Made by a program: the position numbers and the translations under genes
The notes under the pieces: generated by a model
What the model saw: only the letters and a program-made list of their open reading frames with translations
What the model was told of the DNA's origin: nothing
Databases searched by the model: none
Part shown: positions 9,932 through 19,393 of the stretch, piece by piece
How the letters are laid out: each line of letters opens with the position of its first letter
Numbering within the stretch: the first letter of the stretch is position 1
Assembly (NCBI GenBank): GCA_963804995.1
Contig: CAWDSK010000003.1
Span: forward strand, 1,312,001-1,376,000
Direction: 5' to 3'
DNA: 64,000 nt
DNA from: an uncultured Acidobacteriota bacterium
GTDB taxonomy: Bacteria; Acidobacteriota; Terriglobia; UBA7540

Positions 9932-11068
9932 TTAGTAACCCCGCTGCTTGTCCACTACATTCAGCAGAGGCAATCCGTTCACGTAACGCCGGACGTTTTC
10001 ACAGAAAAGGTCCATAGAATTCGTGGTTGAAACGTTCCCCTTCGCGCAAGTGTGCGGACTGATAAAAATGTTGCCCGCCGTCCACAATGGATCATCCGCG
10101 GGCAGTGGTTCCGGTTCCGTTACGTCGACCGCGGCGCCCGCGATGCGGCGTTCTTTCAAAGCACTGACCAGAGCGGGCGGGTCGACCAGCCAGCCCCGTG
10201 AAACATTGATGAAGTAGGCGCTGGGCTTCATCAAGCGAAAGATCTCATCATTGAACATGTGATGGGTGAGGGGCGTGTGGGGCGCGGCGCTGACCAGCAC
10301 GTCGACCTGCGGCACCATTTTCGGAAGCCATTCCGGTGAGTGCAGTTCCGCCACGAAGGCCGGCTTCGGCAAGGGCTTGGGGTCCGTGCCCAGAACCCGC
10401 ATGTGGAATCCGTAGTGGGCGCGGTAAGCGGTGTCGGTGCCGATTCCCCCCATGCCCACAATCCCCATGGTCATGCCGGTAATGTCGCGGAGTCCCTCCA
10501 GGGGATTCCACTTCTGCTCGCGGGTCTGCACCGCGTAATCGTGCAAGCGGCGGGTGAGAGTAATCAGCATGCCGATGACGGATTCCGAGATGGTGGGCGA
10601 ATACATGCGCTGCATGTTGGTGAGCACCACGGGGCTTTCCACGAACTCCGGGTAGAGAACCTCGTCCACGCCTGCGGCGGTGTATTGCACCCAGCGCAAT
10701 TGCTTGGCGGCCCGAAAATCTTCCACGGTGAAGTGGCCTAAGATGATGTTGGCATCAGCAACTTCCTGACGGAATTCTTCTTTGCTCCCGCAGTATTTGA
10801 TCTCCAGATTGGGAGCATAGGCTTGCACTTTTTCGAGGTACGGGCTGCCGATTCCGCCCCGACCAGTCACCAGTTTGATGCGCGCATGGCTAGCGGCCTT
10901 GCCCGGTTCGGCCAGGGGATACGATGCCACCGTCACCGGCCAGGGGGGCGAGGGCGGCGCCTCGGCGGCCACCGCGTGCGCCCTCGGCAGAGAAGCCAGG
11001 GCCGCTCCCGTGGAGCCCACGGCGGTATTGCGCAGAAATTTGCGTCGCGAGAGACCTTCATTGCTCAT
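9932..11068 (-). CDS. D-2-hydroxyacid dehydrogenase family protein with Tat signal
   Basis: SRRKFL leader; GIVGMGGIG Rossmann motif; INVSRG, DVTEPEP and SPH catalytic motifs. Confidence 0.9.
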   Translation of the reverse strand: MSNEGLSRRKFLRNTAVGSTGAALASLPRAHAVAAEAPPSPPWPVTVASYPLAEPGKAASHARIKLVTGRGGIGSPYLEKVQAYAPNLEIKYCGSKEEFRQEVADANIILGHFTVEDFRAAKQLRWVQYTAAGVDEVLYPEFVESPVVLTNMQRMYSPTISESVIGMLITLTRRLHDYAVQTREQKWNPLEGLRDITGMTMGIVGMGGIGTDTAYRAHYGFHMRVLGTDPKPLPKPAFVAELHSPEWLPKMVPQVDVLVSAAPHTPLTHHMFNDEIFRLMKPSAYFINVSRGWLVDPPALVSALKERRIAGAAVDVTEPEPLPADDPLWTAGNIFISPHTCAKGNVSTTNSMDLFCENVRRYVNGLPLLNVVDKQRGY

Positions 11069-11309
11069 TCAAAAGCCCTCCAAGGTGAGATGGGTAAGAG
11101 TGTACCACCGTGAAAACCCCTTCGGCGACCCTTTCGTGCGGGCTTTCCTGCTGCCTGCGCCCTGACGGCGCCGGGGTGCTAAGTCCGACCACGGCTCGCA
11201 AAATACCTCCGGTCGTGGTACGATTTTCGTGACTCAATGGATGCGATTATCGTCCCCTCAACGCACTCTGGCGGGCCTGAACGATCACATAAAGGATGGA
11301 AAAATCCCA

Positions 11310-11666
11310 ATGGCAATCTACATGGTGGAGAAGGTCGTCGACAATGTGCTGTTGCTCGCCGTGCGCGGGCGCATTACCTTGGGTCCGGAAACGGAAGCGC
11401 TGCGTACCAAGTTAAAGACGTTGCTCGAGGCTGGCCAGATGCGCATCATCCTGGATCTGGGAGAGGTTACCTACCTTGATAGCGTGGGACTCGGAACCTT
11501 GACATCCAGTTATACCTCCGCGCGCAATAGGGGAGGCGACCTGAAACTTCTGCATCTCCCGCGCGGAGTCCACCAACTTCTGCAAGTCACCCGCCTCAGC
11601 ACCGTCTTCGAAATCTATGAAGACCTGGAAGCGGCCCGGCAATCTTTTGCACCGAAGAACCCATGA
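11310..11666 (+). CDS. STAS-domain anti-sigma factor antagonist
   Basis: IILDLGEVTYLDSVGLGTL, GGDLKL, TRLSTVFEIY. Confidence 0.9.
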   Translation: MAIYMVEKVVDNVLLLAVRGRITLGPETEALRTKLKTLLEAGQMRIILDLGEVTYLDSVGLGTLTSSYTSARNRGGDLKLLHLPRGVHQLLQVTRLSTVFEIYEDLEAARQSFAPKNP

Positions 11667-11841
11667 GGCCATCCCGCCCCGCGGGACAAATTGTCCCCGC
11701 GCAAATCCGCCCTTCTCATCCTTTGACAAAGATCATTCATGCTGGTACAGTTGCCCCAAAGTGTGTGTGACATTAGGTAATAGGTAGCCCTACCCATGTC
11801 GACTGCGCACCACGAACGACCTCACGCGAATCGAGGTTTCT

Positions 11842-12045
11842 ATGCAGGGGACAATCAAGCGAGTCATCCGCGACCGTGGCTTTGGATTCATCAGGTCTGC
11901 GGACGGTCAAGAGGTTTTCTTCCACCGCAGCAGCCTTCAGCAACTGAACTTTGACGGACTCAAAGAAGGCGAGACGGTTGAATTTGAGATCGAAAACGGC
12001 GAGAAGGGTCCACGAGCTGCAAGCGTTCGGCCGGGCGCGAAGTGA
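11842..12045 (+). CDS. Cold-shock domain protein
   Basis: RGFGFI (RNP1), VFFH (RNP2), GEKGPRA; GAGG RBS. Confidence 0.93.
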   Translation: MQGTIKRVIRDRGFGFIRSADGQEVFFHRSSLQQLNFDGLKEGETVEFEIENGEKGPRAASVRPGAK

Positions 12046-12261
12046 GTTTCCAAGACCTCGCCAGCCCCACTAGGATTGCACTTCTACGGCGCGGATGGAA
12101 TTGCTGTCACCCCCAGAGGGGAGAAAACTGTTGAGTTGACGCTTCCAGTCTAGCCGTGGGCAATTACACTACTCCGCTGATAATCGTATTATATACAAAC
12201 AAATCATATAAATAGTTATTCCCAACTTTAAGCGGGAGTGCAACCCCTCTCCACCGCAGGC

Positions 12262-13653
12262 TCACTTGCCCAGCGCGCTTTGCTCGATGCGTTTTAGCTC
12301 CGCCGTCTGCCGGGCATCAAGGTGTATCTTCGGCTCCTGGGCCAGGATCGCGCGTGCCCGCTCCTCTGCCGATTCCTCCAGCGTCTTGGACCCACGCGTC
12401 TGCCAATCTCCCCGCCGTCCCCGCACCGCCAATTGCGCCCGGCTCAGCACCTGGCGAAAATGTTTCAGCGTGTGCGGTGAATTCAGGAAATCGCCGGACC
12501 GGCCCGCTTCCTGGATGGCTTCCATCGCCATACTTTCTTCGTCCACAGGAATTCCCTTCCGGAAGCGCAGGAAATAGCCGGCGATTTCGTTGTCGGTGAC
12601 CAGCGCTTCCGGCGACATGGCCAGTGTCGATTCCAGATTTCCGGCGCCCCAGATGAAATTCACACCCGCAGCGGTGTGGGCCAGGCCGGTCATCATCTTT
12701 TCGAAGGCAGCCTGGGAGTCGGCGCACATGGATTCCGTCGACATCCAGGAAGCGCAAGGCAGGCCGTGAAAACTCGCCATATCGGCGCCCGCGGCCTGGA
12801 GCAGCGCATTCTCCGGCGCGCCCGTCAGGGCAATCCCCGCCGACATATCGAAGACGTGCGCGAATCCCACGTTGTAAAAGCACGGGCGCCCCTGCTCCAG
12901 TAACTGATTGATGACCAACCCGCTCAGAGTATCGGCGTCACCGATCACCAGACACCCGGCCAGAGTCACCGGCGCCGTCGCTCCGCCCAGGGGTTCGGAA
13001 TTGATGGTGGCGGGAACGCCTAAGCCAGCCGTCTCCTTGAACACTCCCAGTGCCAAAGCCGTCCAATGCAGCGGACTGATAATGCTGAACCCGGTGCTGA
13101 CGATGGGACGGTCCCGCAGAGTGGCTCCGTCCAGAAGAACTTTCGCCATCTCCATCACCATGCGCGCGCCCGCGGGCGTGTAGATGCAGGGACGCAGGTG
13201 CTTGGCGGTGTTTTCCGCCATAATGCGAAAGCCCACAAAGTCACGGCTGGTGGGAGGGTAGTCGGCGATCGAAGTCCCCACCATGGCGTGAATGTTGTCA
13301 CAAGCGTCCACAATGCGGGCGAGCTCCGCGAGGTCAACTGAGGCGAGGTCCGTACGAACCTTCCCGCGCGTGATATACAGCGCGTTCCCGGTCAGAACCA
13401 GCGTCCCTCCCTCCGGACTGAGGTTCCAGAGACGGCCCGTGCGGTCGGCAATTTTGAGCTCGTGGGGCGCCTGCCCGAGAGCCCATTTCACCAGGTCGGC
13501 GGGGATGTGTACCCGGTTTTCAGGGTCCACGGTCGCCCCCGCGCCTTGCATCAAGCGCACAATTTCAGGATCGTCCACGCGCACGCCAACTTGCTGCAAA
13601 ACGTCCAGGGCGGCATGGTGAATCTTCTCGCAGTCAGTATGAGTAAGTAGCAA
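12262..13653 (-). CDS. Trimethylamine methyltransferase (MttB) superfamily protein, non-pyrrolysine type
   Basis: IHHAALDVLQQVGVRV, GATAPVTLAG, DSQAAFEK, GAGNLES..MSPE.LV.DNE and GDFL.SPHT..HFR motifs; no in-frame TAG. Confidence 0.88.
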   Translation of the reverse strand: MLLTHTDCEKIHHAALDVLQQVGVRVDDPEIVRLMQGAGATVDPENRVHIPADLVKWALGQAPHELKIADRTGRLWNLSPEGGTLVLTGNALYITRGKVRTDLASVDLAELARIVDACDNIHAMVGTSIADYPPTSRDFVGFRIMAENTAKHLRPCIYTPAGARMVMEMAKVLLDGATLRDRPIVSTGFSIISPLHWTALALGVFKETAGLGVPATINSEPLGGATAPVTLAGCLVIGDADTLSGLVINQLLEQGRPCFYNVGFAHVFDMSAGIALTGAPENALLQAAGADMASFHGLPCASWMSTESMCADSQAAFEKMMTGLAHTAAGVNFIWGAGNLESTLAMSPEALVTDNEIAGYFLRFRKGIPVDEESMAMEAIQEAGRSGDFLNSPHTLKHFRQVLSRAQLAVRGRRGDWQTRGSKTLEESAEERARAILAQEPKIHLDARQTAELKRIEQSALGK

Positions 13654-13746
13654 AAGACAACTCCCTCGCCAATGATTTGAGGCCGAACATTAGATAATGC
13701 GCAGAGGGAGTGTCAAGGCAATTCTCTTGCGGCGCCCGCTGCTTAG

Positions 13747-13814
13747 CCCTCTCCGAGGGGAGAGGGTGGACCGCAACCGGCGTTCTCATCAGCCGGGGCG
13801 GGACGGGTGAGGGG
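13747..13814. repeat. CCCTCTCC..GAGAGGG / GGGTGAGGGG palindromic repeat (family C)
   Basis: Near-identical reverse-complement copy at 24325-24392 (about 3 mismatches in 68); related copies at 24499-24570 and 47165-47370. Confidence 0.8.
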
Positions 13815-14002
13815 TTACTTCCTTACAGGCCCGGATTTATTCGCGTTAAACTGAGTCACTACCCTTTAAGGTCCCGACAACAATTGCCGATACTTAAGGT
13901 GGGCAGGGCTGCGGCGTTTGGCGAAGTGCGGTCGCCGTTGACCTGGTGTACGGAACCTCGGTTTCAGGCCACTGAGTAAAGGGCGGGAAGGATTGGCGAC
14001 GC

Positions 14003-15085
14003 GTGATATCCCTGAAAAAATACATGGACATGGACCCGAACGAGCTGAACAAGCATCGGGAGGCGAGTCCCGCTGAACTGTTGACCTTAACGTTGGATTC
14101 GTATCGCTCAGCCTTAGCGGCCATGGGCAACTGTGGCGCGCAGGCTTGTCCGACCTTGGGCCCTGACCTGCAACGGAGTCTGCTGGTTCTGGCGGAAAGC
14201 CTTTCGAAAAAGCTTACCCCGCCTGTGGTGACGGAAACCGAAGTGCACGTAGAAGAGCAATTGCAACTCTGGGGTGCGCAAACCGCCGATTACTTCAAAG
14301 AAAGAGCCGGCGACGTGAAGGAGATTCTGATGCTGCTCGCCCACGCTGCGGAGTCCACGGCGGAACGCGACCAGCGTTATACCAGCCAGTTCAGCGAGTT
14401 CACCAAGCGCCTACAAGCCATGGCCAGGCTGGAGGATTTACCTCAAATCCGGGCGGCGATTATGCGTGGCTCGCGCGACCTGAAAGCCTGCGTGGAAAAA
14501 ATGGAGCAGGATGGCCGCGAGTCAGTAGCCACACTGCGGTCGCAGGTCTCAACTTACCAGACCAAACTGGAAGAGGCGGAGCAGCGTGCCTCGCGAGACT
14601 CCTTGACGGGTTTGGAAAATCGCCATGGTGTAGAGACCAAGCTGGAACGCCGCATCGAGGAGAAGAAACCCTTTTGCGTGGTGGAGCTCGACCTGAACGG
14701 GTTCAAGCAAGTCAATGACACCTACGGCCACCAGGCGGGTGACGACCTGCTGAAGCAGTTCTCGGCGGAATTGCGCTCCGCCTCGCGTTCCACTGACGTC
14801 ACCGGACGCTGGGGTGGCGATGAGTTCATCGTGGTGCTGGACGGCAGCCTGGTAGAAGCCAATGCTCACATCGAGCGTATGCGCAAGTGGGTCTTCGGCA
14901 GTTATACCCTCCAGGTCGGAACGGAAACCCAAAAGGTGGACATGGACGCGGCCATGGGCTTGGTGGAGTGGAAACCAGGCGAAACGATGAAAGACGTTCT
15001 GGGCCGCGCCGACGCCGCCATGTATCAAGACAAGTCAGTGGCCCGCAAGCAAGCGACATCCCCACAGCCGGAGCGGGTGAATTAG
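14003..15085 (+). CDS. Diguanylate cyclase (GGDEF) with coiled-coil N-terminus
   Basis: DSLTGLENR, DLNGFKQVNDTYGHQAGD, RWGGDEF, RADAAMY. Confidence 0.93.
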   Translation: MISLKKYMDMDPNELNKHREASPAELLTLTLDSYRSALAAMGNCGAQACPTLGPDLQRSLLVLAESLSKKLTPPVVTETEVHVEEQLQLWGAQTADYFKERAGDVKEILMLLAHAAESTAERDQRYTSQFSEFTKRLQAMARLEDLPQIRAAIMRGSRDLKACVEKMEQDGRESVATLRSQVSTYQTKLEEAEQRASRDSLTGLENRHGVETKLERRIEEKKPFCVVELDLNGFKQVNDTYGHQAGDDLLKQFSAELRSASRSTDVTGRWGGDEFIVVLDGSLVEANAHIERMRKWVFGSYTLQVGTETQKVDMDAAMGLVEWKPGETMKDVLGRADAAMYQDKSVARKQATSPQPERVN

Positions 15086-15135
15086 GAGCCATATTGTGCC
15101 AGCGCCGCCGCCCGGTGCCACAAGCGTTCGTAGCG

Positions 15136-17048
15136 GTTGCGGTAGGGATACCGGTTACCCGGTACCCCCCGCACGGATCCGTACGTGCGCTGGTTAGCGC
15201 ATACGGCTCTTATCTCGGATGTGTGGCGGCGAACCGTTGGGATGGCCAAGGATGCACAACGTGCGGAGCAGGCAACCAGCAGGCCGCAAGCTTCCCCAGT
15301 CGGTCCCAGTTGAGGCGGTGGCGTTGACTGCGTTGACGCAGTTGTGTTCGCCACAGTCGGGTCAACCGTTCCCGAAAGATTCGCAGGCGGTCGAGGTTTC
15401 CCGGTACCGCGTGATAGTTGAAGTAGCCTTGCACGACCGACCGGAGCCATTTACCCGTATCCGCGATGGGATCGTGCCGACGCTGCCGGAGTTGTTGCTT
15501 GAGTTCCTGCAACTTCCCCCGCAGGCGCTTGCTGATCGTCTTCCGCTTCACGGTAAATTGCCCCCTCCGGTTCTTCCCGCTGATATGCGTGAAGCCCAGA
15601 AAGTCGAACGTCTCCGGCTTACCTTCTCCTCTCCGTTTCCGGTAAAGTTCGGCAAACGGCCCGAACTCGATCCGGCGCGTTTTGTCAGGATGCAGTTCCA
15701 ATCCAAACTTCCCCACCCGCTCCCGGAAATCCTCCAGAAAGCGGTCGGCTTCCGTCTGCGATTGGAATCCAAGGACCGTATCGTCGGCATACCGCACCAC
15801 GACCACGTCTCCCCGGGCGTGCTTCTTGCGCCACGCCTGCACCCACAGGTCAAAGACGTAGTGCAGATAGATATTCGCCAGCAGGGGCGAGACCACCGCC
15901 CCTTGTGGCGTACCCATCTCCGTCTCCGACCATTCGCCTTCCTCCCTCACCCCGGCTTTCAGCCATTTCTGGATGAGCCGGAGAATCCGGGGGTCGGCGA
16001 CGCGATGCTGCACGAACTTGAGCATCCATTCGTGGGATATCGAATCGAAAAATCCACGAATGTCCGCGTCAAGAACGTAGTTCACGTGCTTCACCGTGAG
16101 CGCGTACGAGAGCGCGTCCAGCGCTTGATGCTGGCTGCATCCCGGTCGAAAGCCATACGAGAAGCCCAGAAAGTCTTCCTCGTAAATCGCCTTGAGGATG
16201 GTGACCACGGCCTGTTGGACGATCTTGTCCTCCAGTGCCGCAACCCCCAACGGACGTTGCCGCCCGTCGCCTTTCGGGATATACGCCCTTCGCGAGGGCT
16301 TCGCTCGGAATGCTCCACGGTGGACCCGGCTGTGCAGATCGACGAGTCGACCTTCCAGCCCGCTTTCATACTCCTGCCACGTCATGCCGTCTACTCCCGG
16401 TGCAGCTTTTCGCTTCAAGGCGTAAAAGCTTTCCCGCAGCAGATCGACCGTTAAGTGGTGGAGCAAGGCCGTGAACTTCATCTCCCTGTGTTCCTTCGCG
16501 GCTTTCCGCACACCCGCGAGTCCCTGGGACACGCGTGCCCCGCTCTGTGTCGGGTGCGTGTTAGGCCAACGGGTGTTCTCCTTGATCAGCGGCCTTCCCT
16601 CCTCATTCTCCGCCAACGGCTTCCCGTCTTTGTTCAAATGATTCATCGGTACTGTTCCGCTGTCCGACTCCTCGAAAGCGTGCAGGCGGGCTGTACGGCC
16701 ATCGCCTTTTCCCGCCGTCCGGCCACGATCTACGGCGGCCGGCGCCTCCGAGGTCTCCCGGTTCTCGTGCAGAAAGTGTCTAGGCGTGTCTGGGGTCTAC
16801 GACTACGCAGGACTGTGCCGGAACTCGCGTTGGCGTCCCGGCCTCATGTTGCCTTCCGTTTAGTCTGAAAACGTCGGCGTCCTGATTGGACATTTTCGAA
16901 GCTCAATACCCAGCCCACCTATTCCCCTGTTTACGCTTCACCGTGCGCCTCACGACGCCCAGCGCAAAACTCGGGGCCGAGTGGATCGCTACTCCTTCCT
17001 CGTGAGAAATTTTCATTCTCTGCTTTCTGCCGGTTTATCCCGGCGCAC
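15136..17048 (-). mobile_element. Complete group II intron (bacterial class E-like, 1913 nt)
   Basis: 5' GTGCG at 17048; domain V GAGCCGTATGCG..CGCACGTACGGATC; domain VI ending CCCTACCGCAAC at 15136; EBS1 loop at 16862-16867; ligated exons restore the repeat seen intact at 18381. Confidence 0.95.
15210..16646 (-). CDS. ltrA: Group II intron reverse transcriptase/maturase, no endonuclease domain
   Basis: FTALLHH, APGVDG, RPLG..ALEDKIVQ, GTPQGAVVSPLLANIYLH, RYADD, FDFLGFTH; ends HPWP..RF, resembling class E intron-encoded proteins. Confidence 0.96.
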   Translation of the reverse strand: MNHLNKDGKPLAENEEGRPLIKENTRWPNTHPTQSGARVSQGLAGVRKAAKEHREMKFTALLHHLTVDLLRESFYALKRKAAPGVDGMTWQEYESGLEGRLVDLHSRVHRGAFRAKPSRRAYIPKGDGRQRPLGVAALEDKIVQQAVVTILKAIYEEDFLGFSYGFRPGCSQHQALDALSYALTVKHVNYVLDADIRGFFDSISHEWMLKFVQHRVADPRILRLIQKWLKAGVREEGEWSETEMGTPQGAVVSPLLANIYLHYVFDLWVQAWRKKHARGDVVVVRYADDTVLGFQSQTEADRFLEDFRERVGKFGLELHPDKTRRIEFGPFAELYRKRRGEGKPETFDFLGFTHISGKNRRGQFTVKRKTISKRLRGKLQELKQQLRQRRHDPIADTGKWLRSVVQGYFNYHAVPGNLDRLRIFRERLTRLWRTQLRQRSQRHRLNWDRLGKLAACWLPAPHVVHPWPSQRFAATHPR

Positions 17049-17240
17049 CAGACCTCCGCCGTTGAGGTCTGCGGTTCTTCCTGCGCATTGTCAACGAAAG
17101 TATCGTGGCGAAGAGGCGAGCGTGACGGGACCGCCTCGGTTTGTGATTCGTGGGTTTTGCAAACTAAGAACCGCGGACCCCAAAAACGGGGGACCGCGCT
17201 ACAAAACATGGCTGGGCTCGCTCGGTGACAGCCGGCCCCG
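17049..17240 (+). repeat. GTAG-REP-like inverted doublet (family A), copy 1, interrupted by the intron (its first bases GTAGCG lie at 15130-15135)
   Basis: CAGACCTCCGCCGTTGAGGTCTGCGG ... CCGCGGACCCCAAAAACGGGGGACCGCGCTAC; direct repeat of 18381-18578. Confidence 0.85.
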
Positions 17241-17253
17241 CATGAGCTTTGTT

Positions 17254-17465
17254 CCCCGCAGGGGATAGATGGAATAGCCGGGGGCAACGCCCCCGGAAAG
17301 AGCGGCACCCGAGACGTTCGACCCTGAAAGGGTCGATTCCATCCGCTGTCACGCCTCACGTGCGTCCCCCACCCGAAGTTAATGCGACCCCTTCAGGGTC
17401 GACGTGTCGAGCGGGGCGCCATCCGGGGGTGTTGCCCCCGGCTATTTTCTTGTGCCCTTGCAGGG
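17254..17465. repeat. Nested palindromic element (family D)
   Basis: AATAGCCGGGGGCAAC / GTTGCCCCCGGCTATT arms enclosing CGACCCTGAAAGGGTCG and CGACCCCTTCAGGGTCG hairpins. Confidence 0.7.
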
Positions 17466-17630
17466 CGCGAAGAGTCCCCAATACGTCTCGCTCGCCGATA
17501 GGATGTTACAGTGCATTTTTATCAAATTAAGACATCAGAGTCTGACAGGCACAGACTCTGTTACCTGCCGCGTCCGCCTCCGTTGCGGCGATCCTCAACA
17601 AGCGAATGGTTGTGCGAATGTTGGACCAAA

Positions 17631-18326
17631 CTAAGGCCACCAACCCATCGGCACCCGGAAGCAGAAGACCAGGACAAGCTTCCATCCGACGGGCTTGCCG
17701 TCCGGAGTTCCGGGTGTGAACCTCCAATCATCCAGCGCCTGCATGCACGTGCTCGTAAAGGGCGGAGAGTCCCGGAGCACATCCGCGTGCTTCACATTGC
17801 CTTCCTCGTCGATGCTCACTTCAAGAATGACCGTCTTGGCCTCCCACGCTTTAAGTGGGTACCCCGGAAACGTCGCATGGATCACTCCGGGAGGGTTGAA
17901 GCATGGTCCGGGGCAGGCCTCCTGTTTCTGCTGGAGCAGTGGAGGCAGTGGCATGTTTTCTGCAAGAGGTGGCGCCGGGTTAAAAGTGACGGCGATAGTC
18001 GTTCTTGACGCGACCGCCCTCCCGTTCAACGTGGCAGGCTCGAATTTCCATTTCCTTACGCGATGGAGCGCTTCCTCCGTTTCGCTCGGAATATCACGCC
18101 GCACTTGTATGTCTCTAACCTCACCTTCTTTAGAAATCGTGACATCCAAAACAACTGTTCCGCTGGCTACGCTAGTGGGAGGAATCGTGATATCGTTAAT
18201 GCAAACCGCTTTGGCTGGTTGGAACTCAGACTCTTGAGTACCCTCACACGCGCATGGGGTAAGCGGCTGGCCAACCAACCATGCGAATGCGATCCCGAGA
18301 GCGAATAGTGTTCGCATGGGTGACAT
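17631..18326 (-). CDS. Exported protein with two TonB C-terminal-like domains
   Basis: Signal peptide; GTVVLDVTISKEGEV..RKWKFEPATLNGRAV and VILEVSIDEEGNV..WRFTPGTPDGKPV. Confidence 0.8.
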   Translation of the reverse strand: MSPMRTLFALGIAFAWLVGQPLTPCACEGTQESEFQPAKAVCINDITIPPTSVASGTVVLDVTISKEGEVRDIQVRRDIPSETEEALHRVRKWKFEPATLNGRAVASRTTIAVTFNPAPPLAENMPLPPLLQQKQEACPGPCFNPPGVIHATFPGYPLKAWEAKTVILEVSIDEEGNVKHADVLRDSPPFTSTCMQALDDWRFTPGTPDGKPVGWKLVLVFCFRVPMGWWP

Positions 18327-18380
18327 CTCCTATCGCAATTATACTCCCCGAGTTGAGCAAAATTCTGTGTTCTAGCAAGC

Positions 18381-18578
18381 GTAGCGCAGACCTCCGCCGT
18401 TGAGGTCTGCGGTTCTTCCTGTGCCATTGGAACGAAGGTGTCGTGCGGAAGAAGCAAGTATGGCAGGGACGCCTGTGTTTGAGATTTGTAGATTCTTCAA
18501 ACTAAGAACCGCGGACCCCAAACACGGGGGACCGCGCTACAAGACACGGCTGGGCTCGCTCGGCGCCAGCCAGCCCCG
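18381..18578 (+). repeat. GTAG-REP-like inverted doublet (family A), copy 2, intact
   Basis: GTAGCGCAGACCTCCGCCGTTGAGGTCTGCGG ... CCGCGGACCCCAAACACGGGGGACCGCGCTAC. Confidence 0.85.
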
Positions 18579-18683
18579 AGTTACGCACAGCAACGGCGTC
18601 GAGGTGAATGGCTCTTGGACAGGATACAATGTAGGAATCCAGTTCCACTGAGCTAAATGCAACCCGGCGTTGGGGGCAAAACA

Positions 18684-19337
18684 ATGCGCTATCTATCTGC
18701 CATCGGTTTGTTAGTGACCATGGCGGCATACGGCCAGGTTGGCAACTCCAACGGTCTTGGTTCGGCCGCGGGAGTAGTGCTGGACAGTGCGGGAAAGCCC
18801 CTGGCCGGTGCTACGGTTTACGCACTTCCAGAGGAGGACATGACCAAGCAAATCCGAACCACCTCGGATTCAGCCGGCCGGTTCACGCTGGGAGGAATAC
18901 CGGCCGGAGGAGCATACCTGCACGCCTTTAAGGAAACTGACGGCTACCCCTACAACTTTTTTTCGTTCTTTCTATCGCCAGGTGAACGAACTCCTGTGAA
19001 AATCAAGATCACTGCCGGTAAGGTGACTCCCAACGTTGTCATACAGTTGGGGCTGAGGGCGGCTTATCTACAACTGGATGTCACGGATGAAGATGGAACT
19101 CCTGTTGACGGCGGACTGTCATTTGATCGCCTGGACATGCCCGGACCTTACAGTAGAGGAGTGAGTGCAAGAGAGCTCTTGATGGTTCCTCCGGTGCCTT
19201 TCCGCCTGACGTTCAAGGCTGCGGGATATTTGCCGTGGCATTACGGCGGAGATCGGTGGCGGACGAATGCGGGTTTAATCACACTCAAACCTGGCGAAAC
19301 TATGCACCTCCCGATTCACCCAAAACGTCCGCAATAG
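18684..19337 (+). CDS. Secreted carboxypeptidase-regulatory-like domain protein
   Basis: Signal peptide; GVVLDSAGKPLAGATV..TTSDSAGRFTL. Confidence 0.75.
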   Translation: MRYLSAIGLLVTMAAYGQVGNSNGLGSAAGVVLDSAGKPLAGATVYALPEEDMTKQIRTTSDSAGRFTLGGIPAGGAYLHAFKETDGYPYNFFSFFLSPGERTPVKIKITAGKVTPNVVIQLGLRAAYLQLDVTDEDGTPVDGGLSFDRLDMPGPYSRGVSARELLMVPPVPFRLTFKAAGYLPWHYGGDRWRTNAGLITLKPGETMHLPIHPKRPQ

Positions 19338-19348
19338 CGGGGTAGCCA

Positions 19349-19393
19349 GTGCGCCGGGATAAACCCGCCTGAAAGAGAGGATGAAAGAGCCGG
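19349..19393 (+). mobile_element. 5' remnant of a second class E-like group II intron
   Basis: GTGCGCCGGGATAAACCCGCCTGAAAG closely matches the 5' end of the full intron (GTGCGCCGGGATAAACCGGCAGAAAG). Confidence 0.7.

Noticed and set aside
12170..12245. AT-rich patch between the cold-shock and MttB-family genes
   Set aside because: No repeat partner, terminal repeat pair or RNA motif could be supported.
15219..16454. 411-aa + strand ORF
   Set aside because: Antisense shadow of the intron RT gene, typical of GC-rich coding DNA.
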